This document shows, piece after piece, positions 13,676 through 24,800 of a stretch of DNA of 64,000 nt (positions are counted from its first letter, which is position 1; each line of letters begins with the position of its first letter). A program made the translations under genes and the position numbers. This DNA comes from Nemertoderma westbladi (Eukaryota; Animalia; Xenacoelomorpha): NCBI GenBank assembly GCA_032718475.1, contig JAUCBJ010006039.1, positions 21,680 to 85,679 on the forward strand. Direction: 5' to 3'. The notes below the pieces were generated by a model. That model was not told where the DNA came from. It searched no databases and saw nothing but the letters and a program-made list of their open reading frames with translations.

Positions 13676-15671
13676 TTGCATGTTAAACTGCACGTGATTC
13701 CTGTTTAATTCCGTTTAATTTAAAGGGACCTCCATGGAAACGAGGTATAACCTCATGGGGCTATCCCTAACATTGTACTGTACTATAATTTAATATTATG
13801 TTGGTTGCATTATTTTTAAAACAGACAATCTCCATATATACCGGTTTTTAATATGCTGTTTGCTGTTTATGTTATGTTATTGTTATGTACGATGTTAATA
13901 AAAAACTTCAACTTCAACTTCAACTTCTACTATTTTTTAGTTTATTGTGTTTTTTTTTCACCTGTCAGTTAGGGACCATCCTTATTTAAGCAATAAAAAT
14001 TATTGCATAACGTTATTGCCACGCCTGCACACGATTTTTCGTGCGCACAATTTTTCAGCCGCGCAATATTGGACAATGACAATAAATATACCGCGCCACA
14101 TACAGACATATACAATACACCACATTTTAACAATGTAAATGAAAAACATATGCGAGCGAAGCGGCACAATTTTTTCATTAACAATGCAAAACAGCAAAAT
14201 GAAAAAGAAACGCGAGCAAAACTCAAAGTGAGCGAAATTTAGACATTTGAACAATCTGACAATGGAAAATGCAAAGAAACTGGAGCGAAGCGAGCGAAAT
14301 TTTTTGTGGTAAATTATTTTTCTCACTTTGCAACATTGCATGCACGTAAACTTTTTTACACCTCATCCGCTTGTTCGCGCGCGCACTTTATGACTTTTGA
14401 TCTTTTTTTGCATACATTACTACGCACTTTTGTTGTCTTTCACACAATTTCGCGCACTTTTATTTCAATTCCATGCGCTTTTACCCCGCACTATTTCAAA
14501 TATGCGCACAACAACGCCTTGCGATTTTTGCATTTCATTTGCCTGTTTGCAGCCTGGCTTAGCACTTCACGTCCTGGAGCTGGAACTTTTAGTTGTAGAA
14601 CTGTTGTCCGGTTCCAATCTACCAACCCCTTGGTCAATTTAGTATGATTTGGGTGTTTAGACGGACCGATTCACCGACGCCTCTCTGCCTCTATAGCAAA
14701 ATTCGGCGTCGCCTCAACAACCGCAGAACCGAGAAGCTACCGGTATAGGCCTATGGAGTTTTCATCTCTAGACGCTAGACCATACTGCCATACAGACAAC
14801 AGATACCGGTACAACAGTACAAGCAGTCAAGGGGGTAAACTAGTGAAAAATTGTGAAACTAAAAAAGGTCGAAGGTAGGAGAAAATTCTAAGAATCTTTG
14901 TCAGTTTGTGGAGCTCGATTTTTTAATTTCGACTTCGTAAGCCCGGTAGGCATGAAAATGCGGGTGCGATGCGCGTAAATAATTTTAGTTGTTTTCCTGG
15001 GCTTCGTTGACCAACTTCAACACTTTCAATCGAAATTTCCCTCTTCAGAAAGTTTCTAATGTCAATGAGTTTCGAATTCGTCAAAACAAATCGGGTCGGG
15101 GGTCGTACCGTCCGTTTTCACGCTATCTCATAAAACGCTTATTTCGCATCATTCGACAAGAATCGCCATACGGAAACGCGAATACCGTAGCGTAGCTCGG
15201 CCTCACCCGCACGTTCACCTACGGCTGTACTGTCTGACTGTACGGAATACAGATACGATACTTTCATTGTTGGGTAGAGGACAGGAGAAAGAGCTCTAGA
15301 AGAACTAGCGTAGGTACCCGTCTGCCCAGTACCAGATTTCATCGAAATCCGAGGAAAAAATGTTATGGTAATGTTATGCCTATAGTATCATAGCCATAAT
15401 ACTAATACCGGACCAGACCGGCAGACCGGTGCTGTAATAGAGTAATTATTGATATAAATCTACATATTGAACTACCGGTAGTATATACAATAGAATCACT
15501 AATATACCTACAGTATGTACTGTAGTAGGCTTAAACAATATAGGTTTTATATAGCATACCTACTTTATATAGCAATATAGATAGAGTGAACTCGAACTGC
15601 GAATATTGATTTGATATACGGTAGGCCTACTGAATACGGTACGGTAGTCTACAAGAAGAGATTCATTACAT

Positions 15672-15702
15672 GATTGGTTCATTCATATGAAGTCGCGTCA
15701 CG
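15672..15702 (+). promoter_or_regulatory. Candidate proximal promoter motifs of the ITM2-like gene (inverted CCAAT box, CRE-like half site)
   Basis: GATTGG at 15672 and CGTCACG at 15696, within 65 bp upstream of the ATG. Motif presence only; the TSS is unknown. Confidence 0.25.
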
Positions 15703-15735
15703 TTCTGTCCAAAATAATACCGGTACCGTAATAAA

Positions 15736-15817
15736 ATGACGATATATACGGGACAATTAGCAGGGAAGGAAGAGAAACCTATCGGAAAATCAGATGGTTA
15801 CACAGAGCTGAAAATAG
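15736..15817 (+). CDS. ITM2: ITM2-like exon 1 (MTIYTGQLAGKEEKPIGKSDGYTELKI, cytosolic tail)
   Basis: AAAATG start. Donor AG|GTTAGT, phase 1, joins exon 2 in frame (G+AA = Glu). Too short for the ORF track. Confidence 0.72.
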
Positions 15818-18800
15818 GTTAGTAATGCAGTGAGTTGCTGTACCTTGTAGTGTAGGCCTACCAGTTGGAGGTAGAATAAAACGTCTGTCCTTATGTGATC
15901 TGATCTGACAGCATCTGATTCTATAACCAATCAGGAGAAAGAGATACAATATTTACCTAACTGTCTGTTAGGTAAATAGCCAATAGCTAAATAGGGGATC
16001 ACGTTTCAGGTTGCCTGTTACGTATCAGTATCATCATATAAAGTAGCAGTACAGGCATACCGGTATGCATCTAATGCACAAAGGCATGTTATTATATATT
16101 AAAAATGCGATATACAGTAGGATGAAGGATGGCGGGTATGAAAGTTGTGTGATTGTCCCAGCAAACATGGATAGTTTCAGATGTAAACAACTTTCGTAGA
16201 TTTAGTTGGTGTTGAAACATTAAACTTTAAACGGTAATGATACTTATTAATATATTACATTTAAAATATTTATTGTTTGTTTGTTACGCTAAACAGCTAA
16301 AGGGAAAGCAGGAAGGGGTATCTCTCTAGGCCTACTGTGTACTTGTGTATATGACGAAACACTTAACATGCCCCATATTGCCAGCTGATAAAGTGGAGTT
16401 TATACCCAGACGATGAAAGAATATGGGAAGGTGGATGGGAATGTGGGAATTAATAAACACTGTTATTACCTTCCAATTGAAGGAAAAGAGCAGGTTACAG
16501 CGGTTGTAATTTCTAACCAAAACAATAAACGATGTTGTTACCTACAAATTGAGGGAAAGGATAATATGTTACTGCGGCGGCTTGTTTACACCCACCTTCT
16601 TACTAACCGTCCGACTGACTGATCAATAGATCACCCCCCTCAAAAAATAAAGGACATCGCGCACGCGCATAAAACACTTAATAAAGATAAATTTAATAAA
16701 AAATATCGACCAATAAAAAATCGACCGAAAAATGAAATCCTGGTATTCTTCACATGGGCGAAGAATACCAGACTTTCTGCCGTTTTATTTCACTTTGCAG
16801 TTACCCCCATGTGAAGAATACCAGGTTTTCACCAAAAACACAGGTTACAGAAGGGCTGAATATAACCAAAACAATAAACGAATTAGTATATGTGCAGGTT
16901 ATAAGACATAAATAAGCTCTATAATACACTCAATAAAGAAAAATAAAAAAGTAAAATCTTCAATATAAAATTCCAATAAAAGTCTACCGAAAAGTGAAAT
17001 CCTGATATTCTTCACATGGGCGGTATTCTTCACAAGGACCAGCACCAAAATTTGGCACCAGCCGCTAAAAACAAATTTAAAATTTCTAGCTTATTTTATT
17101 TGAATTCCTTTTAGTTCGTTTCAGTTAGTCTTTTAGTTAGTATCGTTAGTTTCAGAGCGGGAGGTATTATATTGACCCCCCCCCCCCCCCCCCAACCGGG
17201 TTTAAGGGGAATACCGGGGAAACTTCACATGCTGACATAGACAGAAAGTCCAGTACTCATTTAGCTACCATTTAAGGATGCAAGTCAGAGATGCCTCGCT
17301 AAACCCTTCAAAACATTCGTGCCGAAACGAAAACTACTTTTGCCCCATGCCGGGGTTGAACCCACTAACCCACAACCTCCGAGAGATGTGAATTCAATAT
17401 AACCACTACACCAAGGTGCCCTCTGAACCAAGGTGGAACAAGTGTCAGATACCGTCAGATCAGATCAGATAAGGACAGACGTTTTAGCCATCCTATACCA
17501 GTTGCAGTTACTGGTACCAGCACCAGGTAGATGTTCACGGGCATACAGACATAGTCAAAAAATAATTAAAAAATTGAAAATAATAAAAAAATTTACTTAG
17601 AAAATAATTAAGAAAGGAAACACAAATTATAATAAAAATTTAAAAACGAAAAAATTATAAATTAATTTTCAACTCTTATCACACTACAGGTGCCACTTTT
17701 TATATGGAAAACATAAGTTGTGAATGTTTTTTTTTCAATTTGGTTGAAGTCTACCCAACGCTCAATGCCACAAAAGTTATCCCACTACAATCGCGATCAT
17801 CGCTAACGTCGTGATGGGGTGTTTTGCGACAAGATACTATCATAGCGAAGCATTAGCTGTGAGAGTGTTTCTCATTTTAGGTTTTTTTAGTGGTGTTATG
17901 GGTCAAGTACACCCTGAAGTATACCATTGCAGTTCCAATAAGCATAAAATGAGTCAAATACCACCACTAAAAGTCAACAAAGTGATATATATATATACAG
18001 ATACCTATATCACCTCGCAATAGCACAAGATCTTGAATTGTAATATGAAATATACACCATGACTGCAAAAGTACTGATGATTTGGTCATAAAATGTGATT
18101 ATTGTCCAACTAAATTATACATTGCAGTTTCAATGAACCCAAAATGAGACCCAAAAGGCCAGAACACCACTAAGAAAGCCTACAATAAGAATTATTCACA
18201 TATACTTAGCAATCTATCGCATCGCGATTAGGCCGAAGTCTTGGCTTGTGAAATACAGGCCATACACAATACAGTAGCTTCATAATACTGATAATTTGGT
18301 CTTAAAAGTTAAAGTTAAAACATGCCTCTAGCTGTCTAGCTGTCTAGTACAACTAAATCGACCATTGTGGTTCCAATGAAACCAAAATGAGTCACAAAGC
18401 ACCAGTAAACGAGCACCATAACGTTATGGGGTATTTTTATACCCCATCTTACATAACTAAGTTGTTTTCAAATTAAGGGCCCATAACATTTTTCATAAAC
18501 AAAATTTTATGGGTTTGACCAACACAATCGTTAAATTACAAGTTTTTTGGAAGATACTATGAAGCTGAAACATACATAATATGAGAGATTGTCGAAAAAT
18601 ATCAAAAGTAATCCCCTTGGGGTATTATTTTACCCCACGTTACCGGGGGAGGGTTAAAGCAGTAATTTAACATTAGGCTCTTATCACTAATCTAATAAAT
18701 TTTGTGGAATTTCGGACTTTTTGCTATTGGCCCGAATGGAAAATAGTAATTAGCGCTTCATTACTTGGGGTTACAGTACTACTTTAATTATTGTTTGGGC

Positions 18801-21800
18801 CGCCACTCTTGTAACCTGCGAAGCCAACTAGATCTGTGAAAAGTGGCGCCTCTTGTTTTCAGGGCTCCAGGGCTTACAGCAGTAATAGTACATACAGTGT
18901 GCTACAGGACCGCTACTGTAGTACTTTGCAGTGTAGACCGTTGGACCATTTCTGCATTATTGTTTTACAGTTTTATGTTATCAAACTCAGAAACTGCTTA
19001 CCTTGTTGTGTATTTTTCACTACGACTGTGTGTGATCGTTTATTGTTTTGCTTAGAAAAGCCCGCTTCTGTAACCTACTCCTTTCCCTCAATTGGTAAAG
19101 TGGCCGTTTTTCTTTTGGTTAGAAAACCCTTCCTTTGTACCTGCTCCTTTCCCTAAATTGGTTTATGACGTGTGTTACTTATATTATGCGGAGGCCTCCA
19201 AACACGTTAATCCCGGCCTATAATATGATGTGAATACAGGGTTCTCCTGTATTGAAATTGCTAAAACCAGCCCAGCACCAGGCAGATACGAATTATTCGA
19301 TGGCTGCCGTGTCTCAGCACCTAAGTAGGAAAATCTGTGTGTGATTGTTGCATGTAGGTCCACAACCCGAATAGGCCTATCAATGGAGCCGAATTGTCCT
19401 GCTTCCGGGAATATTAGAAAACTGTAGGTAGAGGTGAGCGTGAGGGTCTGGTCGGTTTATATAATAATAAATAAATTATCTTTCAGAATGCCCACCAACT
19501 CCGCGTTCCCAGAGCACCCCAGCTGGGGTGATCATAGCCCGGGCGAACCGCGCTAGTAAGAACTTCCGATGTGCTCTAACAATTCTTCTGGGACTCAGCG
19601 CCCTCATTGTTATCGTTATGTGTCTCTCCGGGTTCCTTATTTACCGACATTGGCATCGCAACAGGTACTCCTCTGTATGTCGCGTTCGATTCGGCGATGA
19701 AGGTTGGTCTAACACACCGGAATTCAAATTATTAAGTTTATCTAAAATACATTTGTTTCCTTTTTAGTTGTTTTTAACTTATTAAGCACAGCTCCAATTC
19801 TGTGGTTTATTTTAGGGTTGTAAGAAACCACCATATATTTTTAAAAGTGCGAACATGCTCCTAAATGGACCGAGCACCGCCCTGTCTGACTGCCTCCATC
19901 CCCGGAACCATGGACCCGCCCTATCTGACTGCATCCATCCCCAGAACCATGAACCCCGCCCTGTCTGACGGCCTCCATCCCCGGAACCATGGATCCCGCC
20001 CTGTCTGACGGCCTCCATCCCCAGAACCATGGACCCCGCCCTGTCTGACGGCCTCCATCCCCAGAACCATAGACCCCTCCCTGTCTCCATCTTCGGAACC
20101 ATGAACCACGCCCTGTCTGACTGTCCCCATCCCAAGAAACATGGACCTCGCCCTGTCTGACTGCCTCCAACCCCGGAACCATGGACCCTGCCCTGTCTGA
20201 CGGCCTCCATCCCCGGAACCATGGACCCCGCCCTGTCTGACGGCCTCCATCCCCGGAACCATGGACCCCGCCCTGTCTGACGGCCTCCATCCCCGGAACC
20301 ATGGACCCCGCCCTGTCTGACGGCCTCCATCCCCGGAACCATGGACCCCGCCCTGTCTGACGGCCTCCATCCCCAGAACCATGGACCCCGCCCTGTCTGA
20401 CGGCCTCCATCCCCGGAACCATCGACCCCGCCCTGTCTGACTGTCTCCATCCCTGGAACCATGGACCCTGCCCTGTCTGACGGCCTCCATCCCAATAACC
20501 GTGGACCCTGCCCTGTCTGACTGTCTCCATCCCTGGAACCATGGACCTCACCCTGTCTGACTGTCTCCATCCCCGGAACCATGGACCCTGCCCTGTCTGA
20601 CGGCCTCCATCCCAATAACCATGGACCCCGCCCTGTCTGACTGTCTCCATCCCCGGAACCATGGACCCCGTCCTGTCTGACTGTCTCCATCCTCGGAACC
20701 ATGGATCCCGGCCTGTCTGAAGGCCTCCATCCCCAGAACCATGGACCCCACCCTGTCTGAAGGCCTCCATCCCCGGAACCATGGACCTCGCCCTGTCTGA
20801 CTGTCTCCATCCTCGGAACCATGTACCCCGCCCTGTCTGACGGCCTCCATCCCCGGAACCATGGACCCCGTCCTGTCTGAAGGCCTCCATCCCTGGAACC
20901 ATGGACCACATATATATTTAATATATTTGATATAATAATTAATTGTATAGTAATATATCGTAGCTTATGTGTTATAAGACCCTAAGTCGATTTTTGTCGG
21001 TTTTTACTTTTTTAATACAATTCCACACTTTAAGACATGATCTAACAGCTGGTGAAGTTTTGAACATTTTAACCAATGGGAAGTGATGATTATTACGTAA
21101 TAAAGTGAAATCCAAAAATAATAATATAAAGGCCCATTCCGACAAGTGCCTTCCAAAATCTGTTAGCAGTTGAGAAGGACTGCGAGCGCCTCACGTTCTT
21201 CCCCAACCGTTAGCAGTTGAGAAGAACTGCGAGCGCCTCACGTTCTTCCCCAACCGTTAGCAGTTGAGAAGGACTGCGAGCGCCTCACGTTCTTCCCCAA
21301 CCGTTAGCAGTTGAGAAGGACTGCGAGCGCCTCACGTTCTTCCCCAACCGTTAGCAGTTGAGAAGGACTGCGAGCGCCTCACGTTCTTCCCCAACCGTTA
21401 GCAGTTGAGAAGGACTGCGAGCGCCTCACGTTCTTCCCCAACCGTTAGCAGTTGAGAAGGACTGCGAGCGCCTCACGTTCTTCCCCAACCGTTAGCAGTT
21501 GAGAAGGACTGCGAGCGCCTCACGTTCTTCCCCAACCGTTAGCAGTTGAGAAGGACTGCGAGCGCCTCACGTTCTTCCCCAACCGTTAGCAGTTGAGAAG
21601 GACTGCGAGCGCCTCACGTTCTTCCCCAACCGTTAGCAGTTGAGAAGGACTGCGAGCGCCTCACGTTCTTCCCCAACCGTTAGCAGTTGAGAAGGACTGC
21701 GAGCGCCTCACGTTCTTCCCCAACCGTTAGCAGTTGAGAAGGACTGCGAGCGCCTCACGTTCTTCCCCAACCGTTAGCAGTTGAGAAGGACTGCGAGCGC

Positions 21801-24800
21801 CTCACGTTCTTCCCCAACCGTTAGCAGTTGAGAAGGACTGCGAGCGCCTCACGTTCTTCCCCAACCGTTAGCAGTTGAGAAGGACTGCGAGCGCCTCACG
21901 TTCTTCCCCAACCGTTAGCAGTTGAGAAGGACTGCGAGCGCCTCACGTTCTTCCCCAACCGTTAGCAGTTGAGAAGGACTGCGAGCGCCTCACGTTCTTC
22001 CCCAACCGTTAGCAGTTGAGAAGGACTGCGAGCGCCTCACGTTCTTCCTCAACCGTTAGCAGTTGAGAAGGACTGCGAGCGCCTCACGTTCTTCCCCAAC
22101 CGTTAGCAGTTGAGAAGGACTGCGAGCGCCTCACGTTCTTCCCCAACCGTTAGCAGTTGAGAAGGACTGCGAGCGCCTCACGTTCTTCCCCAACCATTAG
22201 CAGTTGAGAAGGACTGCGAGCGCCTCACGTTCTTCCTCAACCGTTAGCAGTTGAGAAGGACTGCGAGCGCCTCACGTTCTTCCCCAACCGTTAGCAGTTG
22301 AGAAGGACTGCGAGCGCCTCACGTTCTTCCCCAACCGTTAGCAGTTGAGAAGGACTGCGAGCGCCTCACGTTCTTCCCCAACCGTTAGCAGTTGAGAAGG
22401 ACTGCGAGCGCCTCACGTTCTTCCCCAACCATTAGCAGTTGAGAAGGACTGCGAGCGCCTCACGTTCTTCCCCAACCGTTAGCAGTTGAGAAGGACTGCG
22501 AGCGCCTCACGTTCTTCCCCAACCGTTCGCAGTTGAGAAGGACTGCGAGCGCCTCACGTTCTTCCCCAACCGTTAGCAGTTGAGAAGGACTGCGAGCGCC
22601 TCACGTTCTTCCCCAACCGTTAGCAGTTGAGAAGGACTGCGAGCGCCTCACGTTCTTCCCCAACCATTAGCAGTTGAGAAGGACTGCGAGCGCCTCACGT
22701 TCTTCCCCAACCGTTAGCAGTTGAGAAGGACTGCGAGCGCCTCACGTTCTTCCCCAACCGTTAGCAGTTGAGAAGGACTGCGAGCGCCTCACGTTCTTCC
22801 CCAACCGTTAGCAGTTGAGAAGGACTGCGAGCGCCTCACGTTCTTCCCCAACCGTTAGCAGTTGAGAAGGACTGCGAGCGCCTCACGTTCTTCCCCAACC
22901 GTTAGCAGTTGAGAAGGACTGCGAGCGCCTCACGTTCTTCCCCAACCGTTAGCAGTTGAGAAGGACTGCGAGCGCCTCACGTTCTTCCTCAACCGTTAGC
23001 AGTTGAGAAGGACTGCGAGCGCCTCACGTTCTTCCTCAACCGTTAGCAGTTGAGAAGGACTGCGAGCGCCTCACGTTCTTCCTCAACCGTTAGCAGTTGA
23101 GAAGGACTGCGAGCGCCTCACGTTCTTCCCCAACCGTTAGCAGTTGAGAAGGACTGCGAGCGCCTCACGTTCTTCCTCAACCGTTAGCAGTTGAGAAGGA
23201 CTGCGAGCGCCTCACGTTCTTCCCCAACCGTTAGCAGTTGAGAAGGACTGCGAGCGCCTCACGTTCTTCCCCAACCGTTAGCAGTTGAGAAGGACTGCGA
23301 GCGCCTCACGTTCTTCCCCAACCGTTAGCAGTTGAGAAGGACTGCGAGCGCCTCACGTTCTTCCCCAACCGTTAGCAGTTGAGAAGGACTGCGAGCGCCT
23401 CACGTTCTTCCCCAACCGTTAGCAGTTGAGAAGGACTGCGAGCGCCTCACGTTCTTCCCCAACCGTTAGCAGTTGAGAAGGACTGCGAGCGCCTCACGTT
23501 CTTCCTCAACCGTTAGCAGTTGAGAAGGACTGCGAGCGCCTCACGTTCTTCCTCAACCGTTAGCAGTTGAGAAGGACTGCGAGCGCCTCACGTTCTTCCC
23601 CAACCGTTAGCAGTTGAGAAGGACTGCGAGCGCCTCACGTTCTTCCCCAACCGTTAGCAGTTGAGAAGGACTGCGAGCGCCTCACGTTCTTCCCCAACCG
23701 TTAGCAGTTGAGAAGGACTGCGAGCGCCTCACGTTCTTCCCCAACCGTTAGCAGTTGAGAAGGACTGCGAGCGCCTCACGTTCTTCCCCAACCGTTAGCA
23801 GTTGAGAAGGACTGCGAGCGCCTCACGTTCTTCCCCAACCGTTAGCAGTTGAGAAGGACTGCGAGCGCCTCACGTTCTTCCTCAACCGTTAGCAGTTGAG
23901 AAGGACTGCGAGCGCCTCACGTTCTTCCCCAACCGTTAGCAGTTGAGAAGGACTGCGAGCGCCTCACGTTCTTCCCCAACCGTTAGCAGTTGAGAAGGAC
24001 TGCGAGCGCCTCACGTTCTTCCTCAACCGTTAGCAGTTGAGAAGGACTGCGAGCGCCTCACGTTCTTCCCCAACCGTTAGCAGTTGAGAAGGACTGCGAG
24101 CGCCTCACGTTCTTCCCCAACCATTAGCAGTTGAGAAGGACTGCGAGCGCCTCACGTTCTTCCTCAACCGTTAGCAGTTGAGAAGGACTGCGAGCGCCTC
24201 ACGTTCTTCCCCAACCGTTAGCAGTTGAGAAGGACTGCGAGCGCCTCACGTTCTTCCCCAACCGTTAGTAGTTGAGAAGGACTGCGAGCGCCTCACGTTC
24301 TTCCCCAACCGTTAGCAGTTGAGAAGGACTGCGAGCGCCTCACGTTCTTCCCCAACCATTAGCAGTTGAGAAGGACTGCGAGCGCCTCACGTTCTTCCCC
24401 AACCGTTAGCAGTTGAGAAGGACTGCGAGCGCCTCACGTTCTTCCCCAACCGTTCGCAGTTGAGAAGGACTGCGAGCGCCTCACGTTCTTCCCCAGCCGT
24501 TAGCAGTTGAGAAGGACTGCGAGCGCCTCACGTTCTTCCCCAACCGTTAGCAGTTGAGAAGGACTGCGAGCGCCTCACGTTCTTCCCCAACCATTAGCAG
24601 TTGAGAAGGACTGCGAGCGCCTCACGTTCTTCCCCAACCGTTAGCAGTTGAGAAGAACTGCGAGCGCCTCACGTTCTTCCCCAACCGTTAGCAGTTGAGA
24701 AGGACTGCGAGCGCCTCACGTTCTTCCCCAACCATTAGCAGTTGAGAAGGACTGCGAGCGCCTCACGTTCTTCCCCAACCGTTAGCAGTTGAGAAGGACT

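Noticed and set aside
13947-14647. Cluster of overlapping short ORFs on both strands
   Set aside because: No recognisable domain or splice structure; the composition suggests a non-coding transposon fragment.
17341-17421. Functional tRNA gene
   Set aside because: A and B boxes are present, but there is no convincing acceptor or anticodon stem; treated as a SINE head. A weaker B-box-only remnant near 8288-8310 was also not called.
19812-20911. 356- and 365-aa Gly/Arg-rich minus-strand ORFs
   Set aside because: All frames are open only because the 40-bp unit lacks stops on that strand; the region is intronic.
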